Assembly: GCA_963823035.1 (NCBI GenBank)
Contig: CAWGKG010000008.1
Location: 32,001-96,000 of the forward strand
Length of the DNA stretch: 64,000 nt
Origin: an uncultured Gemmatimonadales bacterium
Lineage (GTDB): Bacteria > Gemmatimonadota > Gemmatimonadetes > Longimicrobiales > Gaopeijiaceae
Reading direction: 5' to 3'
Both the position numbers and the translations under genes were made by a program. The notes under the pieces were generated by a model that did no database searches, had not been told where the DNA came from, and was given only the letters and a program-made list of their open reading frames with translations. Position 1 is the stretch's first letter, and each line of letters opens with the position of its first letter. This document shows positions 20,881-31,163 of the stretch, in pieces.

Positions 20881-21210
20881 GTGAAGCCGCACTGGTTCTA
20901 CATCCTTCTCTCCGTCTCGTCCGCGCCTCGCTACGGGAGCGCGATCCAGGACGACGTGCGCTCCCTCAGCCAAGGCGCGGTGCGGCTCTGGCCGGCCACC
21001 CTCTACGGATCGCTGGAGGAGCTCGCGGCCTGCGGATGGCTCGTCGAGATGGAGGCCGATGAGCGGCCGGAGGGGATCGCGGGCCGGGAGCGCTTCTATC
21101 GCCTGACGGCGGCCGGCCGGGAGGCGCTGAAGGCCGAGGTCGAACGCATGGAAGGGCTCGCGGGGGTCGCCCGTGCGCGACTCGGGCGTCGCTCGGAGGC
21201 GGGGGCGTGA
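20881..21210 (+). CDS. PadR-family transcriptional regulator
   Basis: [34 protein letters not shown]. Confidence 0.88.
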   Translation: MKPHWFYILLSVSSAPRYGSAIQDDVRSLSQGAVRLWPATLYGSLEELAACGWLVEMEADERPEGIAGRERFYRLTAAGREALKAEVERMEGLAGVARARLGRRSEAGA

Positions 21211-23915
21211 TCTGGACCCGCGTCTATCGGTTCGCGCTCCTGGCACTGCCGAGGGGGCTGCGCGAGAAGCATGGGAGCACGATGGAGGTGCTGTACGGCC
21301 AGGAGGTCCGACGGGCCCGTGCCAGGGGCATCCTGCGCGGAGTCGTCGCCGGAGGGTTGGGTGTGTGGGACTGGTCCGCCGCGGGCTCTACGAGCGGTGG
21401 CGGGGCCGAGGAGGTGGGGCGGCTGCCGGGGTCGGCGGCGCTCCGGGACGCGAACCCGGGAGCGAGTGGACGATGGATACGATGAGGCAGGACATCGCGC
21501 AGGTGGCGAAGTCACTGTGGAGGGCGCCGCGCTTCGCGGCGCTGGTGGTGCTGACGCTCGCGCTCGGCATCGGCGCCAACAGCGCGATCTTCAGCGTCGT
21601 CAGCGCCGTGGTGCTCAGGCCCCTACCCTTCCCGGACGCCGACCGCTTCGTGCACCTCGCGTGGGAGTACGGGGGCGGCGCTCCCCGCGCCGTGAGCCCG
21701 ATCAAGTTCGAGTACTGGAGGGACAACACCCGTTCCTTCGCCGCGATGGCCACGTATCGGGGATTCCTCGCGAGGATCGACACCGAGGACGGCGTCGCGG
21801 GCGTGCCGGGGCTGCGCGTCACGCGCGATTTCCTCCGTGCGCTGGGCTTTGCCCCGCGGCTGGGGCGCGACTTCGAGCCGGGAGAGGACGTCCCGGACGG
21901 GCCCCGCGTCGCGCTGATCGGCGACGCGCTCTGGAAGAGGGTCTACGGCGGCGCGCCCGACGTCGTCGGCCGCACCCTCGACCTCGACGAGGAGCCCTAC
22001 ACGATCGTGGGCGTGCTGCCGGAGGCCTTCGCCTTTCCCGAGCAACCCGCACGGACCGACGTCGTCGTGCCCATGGGGCTGCGTGCGGATCCCAAGGACG
22101 AGGGCGCGAACTTCACCATCGTCGCGCGCCTGAAGGACGGGGTCGATCGGGCCGCGGCGCTGGCCGACGTCGAGCGCCTGGACGCGTCGTTCGCGGAGCA
22201 GTATCCGAACCAGGTGTACGACGGCGACCGCGGCATGACGCTCGCGACGTTCGAGGATCTGTTCGTCGGGGACCTCGCGCGGACGCTGTGGATCATCATG
22301 GGCGCCGTGGGGCTGGTGCTGCTCATCGCCTGCGCCAACGTCGCGAACCTCCTCCTGGCGCGCGCCGCGCGCCGCCGCCGGGAGGTCGCGATGCGGGCGG
22401 CCCTGGGCGCGTCCCGCGGACGGGTGGCCCGCTTCGTCCTCACGGAGAGCGTCGTCCTCGCGCTCCTCGCCGGCGCCCTGGGGCTGCTCCTGTCGCGGTG
22501 GGGCGTGCGCGCTCTGGTCGCGCTGTCGCCCGCCGAGCTGCCGCGCATGGGGACGATCGGCGTGGACTGGCGGGTGTGGACCTTCACGTTCGGCATGGCG
22601 GTCGTGACCGGGCTGGTCTTCGGCGGCGTGGCGGCGCTCCCCGCCGCCCGCACCCGCCTGGCGGAGGTGCTCAAGGAGGGAGGGCGTGGAAGCTCGGGGC
22701 GCGGCCGCGGACGGCAGGTGCTCCTCGCCGCGCAGTCCGCGCTCTCCATGATGCTCCTGGTGGGTGCCGGGCTGCTCATCACCACCCTGGTCGGTCTGCG
22801 GCGCGTCGATCCGGGCTTCGAGCCGGACGGGCTCGTAGCCGTCCGCTTCCCGTTCAAGCCGTCGGGCTACGGCACGGCGGAGTCTCTGTGGGAGCTGGAG
22901 CGACGCGTGGTGGACGAGGTGCGCGGCTCCCGGGGGATCGCGTCGATCGCGGCAGCGTCCAACCTGCCCCTGGAGCGCGGGCTCAACATCCCGATGTCGA
23001 TCGGCGGCCGGCCCGACGACTTCGAGGGGGCGGTGGAATGGCGCGCCGTGACACCCGGCTACTTCACGACCCTCGGCGTCGGCGTGGTCACGGGACGCGC
23101 CTTCACGCCGACGGACGAGCGCGGCGGGCCGCCGGTGGCCATCGTGAACGAGGCGTTCGCTCGCCGCTACTTCCCGGACCGGAGCCCGATCGGGGAGCGC
23201 GTCGACATCGGGCGCTACCGCGGCGCCTTCATCGATCCGTCGCTCGAGGGGCCGGGCGCCGAGATCGTCGGGGTGGTCGCGGACGTCCGCGAGATCTCCT
23301 TGCGCAGCGCGCCGCGCCGCACGGTCTACGTACCCTCCGCCCAGGCGCACACACGGCTGGCGGACGCGCTGGGAACGATGCCGGTGTTCCTGGCGCGCGC
23401 GCCGGGCGCCGGCACGGGCGTGGAGCGGGAGTTGCGCGAGGCGCTCCGCACCGTCGATCCCGAGCTCCCCAACCCCGAGGTGATCCCGCTGCGGAGGGTC
23501 TTCTCGGAATCGCTCGCGCGCGAGCGGTTCAGCGCCACGCTCCTGGGTGCCTTCGCGTTGCTGGCGCTGACGCTCACCGCCTTCGGCATCTACGGTGTGC
23601 TCTCCTACACCGTGCGCCAACGTCGGAGGGAGATCGGCATCCGCATCGCGCTCGGCGCAGGAGGCGGGGCTGTCTCGCGGCTGGTCGCGGTCCAGGGCCT
23701 CGCCCCGGTCGCGGTGGGGCTCGCGCGTCGGGACGGCCGGCGCCCTGGCGCTTTCGCGCGTGGTGGCCGGGTTCGTCTGGGGCGTCAGCCCCACGGACCC
23801 GACGAACCTCGCGGTGGTGGCGGGCATCCTCCTGGCGGTCGCGGCGGCCGCCAGTTGGCTCCCGACGCGCGAGGCCGTGCGCACCGACCCGGTGCGGTCG
23901 CTGAGCCCGGAGTAG
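21207..23915 (+). CDS. Duplicated MacB/FtsX-type ABC permease (ADOP-like), frameshifted near 21400 and 23725
   Basis: [43 protein letters not shown]- and C-termini in adjacent frames. Confidence 0.85.
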
Positions 23916-23930
23916 GCCGGCCGAGCACCC

Positions 23931-24560
23931 TCAGCGCCTCCGCGCCCGCAGAGCCACCGCGACCTCGTCGAGGCCCACGCCGGAGCCGCGCAGGGCGGCG
24001 AGGACGTGGTAGAGGAGATCGGCCGCCTCCTCCCGCCCGCGCTCCGCGTCGCCGCGCGCGAGCGCCGCGACGAGCTCGGCCGTCTCCTCACCGAGCTTCT
24101 TGAGGCGGAGGTTCTCGTCCTCGAGGAGGCGCACCGTGTAGCTTCCCTCGGGCCGCGCCCGCGCCCGCTCGGCGAGCGTGTCGTCGAGCGCGGAGAGGAC
24201 GGCGCCGAGCCCCTGGGGCTCGGCGCCTTCGCCGAAGCAGGTGGCCTCGCCGGTGTGGCACGCGGGGCCGGTGGGGCGCACGCGCGCGAGGACCACGTCC
24301 GCGTCGCAGTCGGCGTGCAGCGACACCAGCTCGAGGACGTTCCCGCTCGTCTCGCCCTTCCGCCACAACGCCCCGCGCGAGCGGGACCAGAAGTGCATCT
24401 CGCGCGTGGCCAGGCTCCGTTCCAGGGCGTGCCGGTTCGCCCACGCGACCATGAGCACCCGGCCGTCGCGGGCGTCCTGCGCGACCACCGGCAGGAGCCC
24501 GTTCTCTCCGTACGAGAGCGCGTCCAGGTCGTCGGCGCTCGCGAGCCCGCGGTCGGTCAT
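23931..24560 (-). CDS. hisIE: Bifunctional phosphoribosyl-AMP cyclohydrolase / phosphoribosyl-ATP pyrophosphatase
   Basis: [41 protein letters not shown]. Confidence 0.95.
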   Translation of the reverse strand: MTDRGLASADDLDALSYGENGLLPVVAQDARDGRVLMVAWANRHALERSLATREMHFWSRSRGALWRKGETSGNVLELVSLHADCDADVVLARVRPTGPACHTGEATCFGEGAEPQGLGAVLSALDDTLAERARARPEGSYTVRLLEDENLRLKKLGEETAELVAALARGDAERGREEAADLLYHVLAALRGSGVGLDEVAVALRARRR

Positions 24561-25333
24561 GCGGCCACCTCCCCGTTCGTGCGCACCGCCAGGCCCCAAC
24601 CCGCGAGCGCGGCCTTGAGCGCGCCCACGGTGGTCACGCCATCGTGCAGGATACCCGCGACGAGCGCGGCCGAGGCCCGTGCCCTCCACGAAAGCGTCGC
24701 GCAGATGCTCGGCCGCGCCGGCCCCGCCCGGAGGCGACCACCGGAAGGGGCACGGCGTCCGCGACCGCCCGCGTGAGGGCCAGGTCGTAGCCGGAGCGCG
24801 CGCCGTCGCGGTCGATCGACGTGAGCAGGACCTCACCGGCGCCCCGCTCGCGGCATGCCGCCGCCCACTCCACGGCCTCGAGGTCGGTCGGCTTCGTACC
24901 GCCGTGCGTGTAGCAGCGCCAGCCGTCGCCCTCGCGTGCGGCGTCGATGCTCACGACCATGCACTGGCTGCCGAAGCGCCGGGCTCCGGTCGCGAGGAGC
25001 GTGGGATCACGCACCGCCGCCGTGTTCACGCTCACCTTGTCGGCTCCGGCCCGCAGGAGCGGCCCGATGTCGTCCACCGAACGGACGCCGCCGCCCACCG
25101 TGAGCGGGATGAAGAGCGTCTCGGCCGTGCGGCGCACGGTGTCCGAGGAGCGTGCCCCGCCCCTCGCGTGAGGCGGACACGTCCAGGTAGACGATCTCGT
25201 CGGCGCCCTCGGCCTCGTAGCGCGCGGCGAGCTCGACCGGGTCGCCCACGTCGCGCAGCCCCTCGAAGCGCACACCCTTCACCACCCGACCGTCCTTCAC
25301 GTCGAGGCAGACGATCACACGCGGCCGGAGCAT
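24557..25333 (-). CDS. hisF: Imidazole glycerol phosphate synthase cyclase subunit (several frameshifts)
   Basis: [48 protein letters not shown] across adjacent frames. Confidence 0.92.
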
Positions 25334-25873
25334 CAGTCGATCCGCTCCAGCTTCACGGACCCCTTGGTGCTGAACACCCGATCCCCCTCGGCCATGGCCT
25401 GGCGCAGGGCGAGGCCCACGGCCTTCACCGCCGCCTCCACGCGGTGGTGGCGGTCTTCGCCGCGCAGCACCCGCACGTGCAGCGTGGCGCCCGAGGTTGG
25501 TCGCGAAGGAGTGCAGAAAGTGCGTGTACAGCTTGGAGGGCAGGCGCCCCACGTACCAGGGCCGCCCGCCCAGGTCGACGGCCGCCTCGGCGAGCGCCTC
25601 GTCCATCGGGATCTGCGCCCAACCGTAGCGCGCCGCCTTCTCCGGAACCTCGTCCTTCAGGGCGAGGCCGAGCGTGATGGCGACGTCCTCCACGAGGTGG
25701 TGCCGCAGGTCGCCGACCGCCTCGACGGAGACGTCCAGGCTCGCGTAGCGCGCCAGCGTCTCGACCATGTGGCTCAGGAAACGGTCCGCGATCTTCACGT
25801 CCGCCTCCCCCGTGCCGCGCCGGACCTCGCACAGCACCTGGGTCTCGCGCGTCTCCCTTCTCAGCTTGCTCAC
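25333..25873 (-). CDS. hisB: Imidazoleglycerol-phosphate dehydratase (frameshift near 25490)
   Basis: [33 protein letters not shown]. Confidence 0.92.
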
Positions 25874-26631
25874 GTGCCCTCTCCGGCTTCGCCCGATTCG
25901 TCGATGGAACCTCCCCATGCCGCTCCCCACCGCTCCGCGACGCCCGCGGCGTCCACGCTGCCGGTGTAGAGCGCCATCCCCAGCACGGCGCCCTCCGCGC
26001 CGCGCTCGTCCAGCCATTCGAGGTCGTCTTCCGTGGAGACGCCTCCCGAGACCCACACCGGGTGGGCGCTCTGGCGCAGCGTACGTGCCATGGCGTCCCG
26101 GTCCATCCCCCGGAGCCGACCCTCGCGGCCCACGTCCGTCGTCAGCACGCCCGCCAGCGGCAGCGTGGTGAGACGCTGCAGGAAGGCGGCCGACGTCAGC
26201 GCCGAGCGCTCGGTCCACCCCTTGCGCAGCACCCATCCGTCGCGGGTGTCCGCGGCCACCAGGACCCGTCCCGGATGCCGGTGCGCGAGCTCGGAGAGCC
26301 ACGGCGGGTCGTCGATGGCCCGTGTTCCCACGATCACGCGGTCCGCCCCGGCATCCAGGAGGGCATCGGCACGCTCCGTGTCACGGACGCCGCCGCCCAC
26401 CTGCGTCAACGCGGGCGTGGCGGTCAGCACCTCGCGCAGGAGCCCGAGGTTGTCGCCCGATCCCAGCGCGGCGTCCAGGTCCACGAGGTGCAGCGTCCGG
26501 AAGCCGAGCGCCCACCACCGCTCGGCCACCGCCACGGGGTCCGGGAGCGAGACGCGCTCCTCCTCGGGTCGGCCACCGACCAGCTGTACGCAGCGGCCGC
26601 CCTTCAGGTCGACGGCGGGCGCGACGATCAT
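25870..26631 (-). CDS. hisA: ProFAR isomerase
   Basis: [34 protein letters not shown]. Confidence 0.95.
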   Translation of the reverse strand: MIVAPAVDLKGGRCVQLVGGRPEEERVSLPDPVAVAERWWALGFRTLHLVDLDAALGSGDNLGLLREVLTATPALTQVGGGVRDTERADALLDAGADRVIVGTRAIDDPPWLSELAHRHPGRVLVAADTRDGWVLRKGWTERSALTSAAFLQRLTTLPLAGVLTTDVGREGRLRGMDRDAMARTLRQSAHPVWVSGGVSTEDDLEWLDERGAEGAVLGMALYTGSVDAAGVAERWGAAWGGSIDESGEAGEGT

Positions 26632-27227
26632 GCCGCACCTCCCGCCATGGCCACCCACCGCCCCACGAGCGCGCGGCCCGGCCCGGAGCTCTTCTCCGGG
26701 TGGAACTGGACCCCCCAGGTCCGCCTCCGCCGAACGGCCGCCACGAAGCGTACGCCCTCGCACACGCTCCACGCGATCGCGTCGGTGGGGTCGTCCGGCT
26801 CGCACACGTAGGAGTTCGCGTAGTAGGCCACGAGGCCCGTGCCGCCGAACACCGACGCGTCGTCGGTCTCCACGTCGTTCCACCCCATCTGCGGGACCAC
26901 CGAGGCCGTCAGCCGGACCACGCGGCCCGGAAGCAGCCCGATCCCCGCCCCCGCCGACTCCTCGCTGTCCTCGAAGAGAAGCTGCATCCCGAGGCAGATG
27001 CCCAGGCAGGGGAGCCCTTCCGCGAGCGCGCGGCGCACCGGGCCACGATCGGCGGGGAGCGCCGCGGCCGCGGCGCCGAACGCCCCGACGCCCGGGAGGA
27101 CCAGGCCGTCCAACCCGAGCGCCTCGTCCCAATCCGCGGTGATGCGCACGCCGGCCCCGGCGCCTTCGAGCGCCTTGGCCAGCGAGTGCAGGTTGCCCGC
27201 ACCGTAGTCGAAGAGCGCCACGTTCAC
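26628..27227 (-). CDS. hisH: Imidazole glycerol phosphate synthase glutaminase subunit
   Basis: DYGAGNLHS, LPGVGAF, GICLGMQ, PQMGWN, QFHPEKS. Confidence 0.95.
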   Translation of the reverse strand: MNVALFDYGAGNLHSLAKALEGAGAGVRITADWDEALGLDGLVLPGVGAFGAAAAALPADRGPVRRALAEGLPCLGICLGMQLLFEDSEESAGAGIGLLPGRVVRLTASVVPQMGWNDVETDDASVFGGTGLVAYYANSYVCEPDDPTDAIAWSVCEGVRFVAAVRRRRTWGVQFHPEKSSGPGRALVGRWVAMAGGAA

Positions 27228-28329
27228 CCGGCCGCCCCCCCGGCCGCGCCGGCCTCGTGCCCGGCCAGCTCCTCGCGGTAGTCGTCGAGCGCCTCGAAGA
27301 AGCGCGTCACGAGCGGCCACGGGGCCACCGTCAGACGCAGCGCGTCGCCTCCGTCGGGCATGGCGCCGGGGAAGGGGCGCACCGCGACGCCGCGCGCCCG
27401 GATGGCGAGCGCATCGGCCGTGGCGGCGCCGCCCGGAGCGCGGAAGAGGATGAAGTTCGCCGACGAAGGCAGCGGTTCGAGCCCGCGCTCGTCGAGCATC
27501 GCCTCGCGCGCGCGCCCGGTTGCTGCACGCACTCGGCGACCGTGCGGGTGACCCACCCCTCGGCGTCGGTGAGCGCCGCCGCGCCGGCCTCGGAGGCGAG
27601 GCGGCCGACCTTGTACGGACCCCGGGCCTTCTCCACCTCGAGCGCGGTCCGCGGGGCGGCCACCGCGTAGCCTACGCGCAGCCCCGCCAGGCCGAACGCC
27701 TTGGAGAGCGTGCGCGACACCAGCAGGCGGGGATGCTCCACCGCCACCGTCGCCAGCGAATCGCCGCCGAAGTCCACGTACGCTTCGTCGAGGAGGACGA
27801 GCGGCCCGTCGTCACCGACCTCGTCGAGCAGCGCCTCCACCCATGCGCGCGGCGCGACGTGCCCCGTCGGGTTGTTGGGACGGCAGACGTAGACCAGGGA
27901 GGGGCCGTCCACCAGGAGCCGCTCCGGGTCGTCGAGCGCGTCGGCCCAGGGCGTGAGTCGTGCCTCCATCCCGTTCATGCGTGCCAACGGCGTGGCCATC
28001 GAAAAGGTGGGCGCGGCGATCGAGACGAAGTCGCCCGCCCGGCCGCCGGCCGCGCGGTAGGTGCAGTCGAGGACGTCGTCCGATCCGCACCCCGTCGCGA
28101 CGCAACCGTCCGGCACGCCGGCCCGCGCGGCGGCGGCGGCCCGCAGGTTGTCGGCGTAGAGATCCGGGTAGCGGGCGAGCGCGTCGTCGTCGGCCCGGCG
28201 CAGCACCTCCAGCGCGGCCGGATGGGTGCCCCACTGGTTGGTGTTGTCGCTCAGGTCGAGCGCGACCGGCGAGCGGTCGAAGTGGTACCTCTTCAGATCG
28301 CGGTAGTCCCGACGGGGAAACGGGCTCAT
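27224..28329 (-). CDS. hisC: Histidinol-phosphate aminotransferase (frameshift near 27520)
   Basis: PNNPTG, DEAYVDF, RTLSKAFGLAGLRVGY, PSSANF. Confidence 0.92.
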
Positions 28330-29663
28330 CGGCTCTCCGTGCGCGCGAGCGCGGCTGCCGCGTGGGCGGGCAGCCCCTCGGCCTCGGCGAGCAGGGCGAC
28401 GTCGCCGGCCAGCGCCCGGGCGCCCTCCTCGGTGATCTCCTGGACCGTGAACGACCTCAGGTAGTGCTGCGCGGACAGTCCCGAGAAGCTGCGGGCTCGC
28501 CCTGCCGTGGGTAGAACGTGGTTCGCGCCGGTCATGTAGTCCCCGAAGGCCACGGAGGCCCACGGGCCCACGAACGTGGTGCCCGCGGTCACGATGCGCG
28601 AGGCCACCGCTCGGGCGCCCGCCGTCATCACGGACAGGTGCTCGGGCGCGTACGCCTGAGCGAAGGCGACCGCTTCGTCGAGCGACCCCGCCACGAGCAA
28701 CGCGCCCGATCCGGACAGGGCGGCCGCCGCGATCGTCCGCCGCGGGGCTCTCGCGAGCCGTTCGGCGAGCGCCGATCGCACGGCGGTCGCCAGCGCGTGC
28801 GACGGGGTCACGAGCACGCAGGCAGCGTCGGGGTCGTGCTCGGCCTGCGCCATGAGCTCGGTCGCGACCAGCACCGGGTCCGCGCCGTCGTCGGCGAGCA
28901 CCAGCACCTCGGACGGTCCGGCCGGGGAGTCGATGAGCACCCGCCCTGCCACCTGCCGCTTGGCCTCCGTGACCCATCGGTTGCCCGGGCCGACCACGGC
29001 GTCGGTCGCAGGCACGCCGTCCGTCCCGTAGGCCATGGCGCCCACGGCGCCGGCGCCGCCGACGGCGAAGAGGCGGTCCGCGCCGCCGATCGCGCACGCG
29101 GCCAGCACCTCCGCGGGGGGCACGCCCGACGGGCCCGGGGGCGAACACACCACCACCTGGCGCACGCCCGCCGCGCGGGCGGGCACCACGCCCATGAGCA
29201 CCGAGGAGGGGTAGGCCGCGCGGCCCCCGGGCGCGTACACGCCCACCGTGTCGAGCGGCACCCATCGCCGCGTGACGCGTACCCCGGGCTCCACCTCGAG
29301 CGAGACGTCCGCGGGGAGCTGCGCTTCGTGGAAGCGGCGCACGTTGTCCGCGGCGCGCGCCAACGCCGTGCGCACCCCGATCGGCAGCGTGTCCAGCGCG
29401 GCGTCCCAGCGCGCGCGCGGCACCTCGAGCGCGTCCAGGCGGACGCCGTCGTAGCGCTCGGCCATCTCGATCAGGGCGACGTCACCCCGCGATCGCACCT
29501 CCGCCAGGATCGCGGCGACCGCGGCGGTGAGCTCGGGCTCGTCGGAGGGCGCGCGCTCCATGAGGTGGCGGCGCGCTTCGGGCGTGAGGTCTTCCAGGCG
29601 TCCCTCCGCGAAGAGCCACGGGGAGTCGGCGGCCCCGTCGCCGCGCGAGCGATCGGCCGTCAT
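28326..29663 (-). CDS. hisD: Histidinol dehydrogenase
   Basis: GVYAPGG, YPSSVLM, VGPGN, PAGPSEV, QAEHD, APEHL, GDYMTGANHVLPT. Confidence 0.95.
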   Translation of the reverse strand: MTADRSRGDGAADSPWLFAEGRLEDLTPEARRHLMERAPSDEPELTAAVAAILAEVRSRGDVALIEMAERYDGVRLDALEVPRARWDAALDTLPIGVRTALARAADNVRRFHEAQLPADVSLEVEPGVRVTRRWVPLDTVGVYAPGGRAAYPSSVLMGVVPARAAGVRQVVVCSPPGPSGVPPAEVLAACAIGGADRLFAVGGAGAVGAMAYGTDGVPATDAVVGPGNRWVTEAKRQVAGRVLIDSPAGPSEVLVLADDGADPVLVATELMAQAEHDPDAACVLVTPSHALATAVRSALAERLARAPRRTIAAAALSGSGALLVAGSLDEAVAFAQAYAPEHLSVMTAGARAVASRIVTAGTTFVGPWASVAFGDYMTGANHVLPTAGRARSFSGLSAQHYLRSFTVQEITEEGARALAGDVALLAEAEGLPAHAAAALARTESR

Positions 29664-30551
29664 GGCATCAACCTCTCGATGCGCGTCACCAGGATGCCCT
29701 CGGCGCCCGAGCTCCTTGAGGCGCGCGATGGTCTGGTACACACGGTCCGCGTCGACGACGGCGTGCGCGGCGACCCATGCGTCCCCGTCGAGCACCTCCA
29801 CGATCGTGGGTCCGTTGATGCCGGGGATCACCTCGCGCACCTCGTCGAGCCTGGCGCGCGGCACGTTCGCCATGAGGTAGCGCTTGGCCTCGGCGCGCAG
29901 CACGGACTCGAGCGCCGTGCCCAGCTCGTGGATGGCCTTCGCGGGACGCTCGCGCTCGAGCGCCGCGGCGTTCGCCACCAGGCGGGCGGTGGAGGTCATG
30001 ACGGTGCCGATCTCGCGCAGCTTGTTCATCCGCAGCGTGGACCCGGTGGACACCAGGTCGACGATCACGTCGGCCACGCCCAGGTGTGGCGCGATCTCCG
30101 TGGCCCCGGTCACGGGCGCGATCTCGATCGGGATGCCGAGCCCCTCGAAGTGCCGGCGCGCCACACGCGGGAAGGACGTCGCCACGCGCGTACCCGCCGG
30201 CAGGTCCTCGACCGAGGCGACCGGCGAATCCTCGCGGACGGCTACGGCCAGGCGGCAGAAGCCGAACCCGAGGTCCAGCACCTCGGTCACGTCGCGGCCG
30301 CTCTCCGCCACGAGGTCCGCGCCGGTGACGCCCACCTCCGCGGCTCCGTCAGCCACGTACTCCGGGATGTCCGCCGCGCGCACGAAGAGGGCCTGGAAGT
30401 CCTGGCCCAGCTCCGCGATCAGCGCTCGTTCCCCGCGCAGCGCCGTGCGCAGTCCCGCCTGCTCCAGGAGGGCCACCGCCTTGTCCGCGAGGCGGCCCTT
30501 GTTGGGCAGCGCCACGCGGACGCGGTCGCGCTCCGTCGTCTTCTCGGTCAT
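29660..30551 (-). CDS. hisG: ATP phosphoribosyltransferase, long form (frameshift near 29705)
   Basis: ALPNKGRL, DIPEYV, IVDLVSTGSTLR and C-terminal regulatory domain; corrected stop overlaps hisD ATG. Confidence 0.93.
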
Positions 30552-30587
30552 GCCTTCGCTCCTCGCTCGTCCCCGACGCCCGGGGAC

Positions 30588-30618
30588 AAAAAAACGCGGC
30601 CCGGTAGCTCGGGCCGCG
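30588..30618 (-). terminator. Intrinsic attenuator terminator of his operon
   Basis: Minus strand CGCGGCCCG-AGCTAC-CGGGCCGCG followed by T7. Confidence 0.85.
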
Positions 30619-30644
30619 GTGGGATGCTTCGCTGGACTCGCGTC

Positions 30645-30722
30645 CTAGGCGCGCACCGCCCCTCCGCCGCCCGCGGGGGCCGCGTGATGATGGTGGTGCC
30701 GGACGTGCGTCGTATCGCTCAT
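30645..30722 (-). CDS. hisL: His operon leader peptide (25 aa)
   Basis: MSDTTHVRHHHHHAAPAGGGGAVRA*, five consecutive His codons, upstream of terminator and hisG. Confidence 0.85.
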   Translation of the reverse strand: MSDTTHVRHHHHHAAPAGGGGAVRA

Positions 30723-30731
30723 GGTCCGGAG

Positions 30732-30761
30732 AAGCTGTCCCCTCGCCGGGGGAGAGGTCAA
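30732..30761 (-). promoter_or_regulatory. Candidate his promoter
   Basis: TTGACC (30761-30756), 18-nt spacer, CAGCTT (30737-30732), 9 nt before leader ATG. Confidence 0.4.
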
Positions 30762-30806
30762 GGGGCCGGCCGCTCGCCGCGCACCGTGACGTCGAGGATC
30801 CCGGCG

Positions 30807-31136
30807 CCTAGCAGCCCGTGGTAGAAATACAGCCGCCCGCGTTACGCGCGCCACGGCCCCGAGTCCTAGGCGAACCTCCGAAGGCATAGCCCTAGCTACG
30901 TCGAGGAGGTTCAACGACGGGGTAACAACGCGAAGCGTTGTCGGGGCCGTGCCGCCGTAACCCACCACCATTCAAGGTATTGGGATCCATAGGATTGCGG
31001 GCGCAGGGGGGTCGCGGGCCCATACGTCGTCGTTCCTCCTCGCCGTAGCTACGGCTACGACTCGTCGTCTCTCCTAGTCTGAACCTCGCGAGCCCCCTGC
31101 GCGCGGGCCACTGTATTTCTACCACGGGCTGCTAGG
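30807..31136. mobile_element. MITE-like non-autonomous element with terminal inverted repeats
   Basis: CCTAGCAGCCCGTGGTAGAAATACAG (30807-30832) is the exact reverse complement of 31111-31136; CTAG at both ends; no transposase; internal inverted modules. Confidence 0.75.
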
Positions 31137-31163
31137 GTCAGGGCCGGCGACGGATCCGCGGCA

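Noticed and set aside
28326..30551. Apparent HisG-HisD fusion (741-aa ORF)
   Set aside because: One indel near 29705 restores a normal HisG C-terminus with a TGA overlapping the hisD ATG
30892..31125. 77-aa ORF inside the inverted-repeat element
   Set aside because: Starts within the terminal repeat, shows no recognisable motif and is too short for a transposase
30807..31136. Possible CRISPR array or tRNA
   Set aside because: Repeats are inverted and only paired, with no direct repeat-spacer periodicity, no cas genes and no cloverleaf
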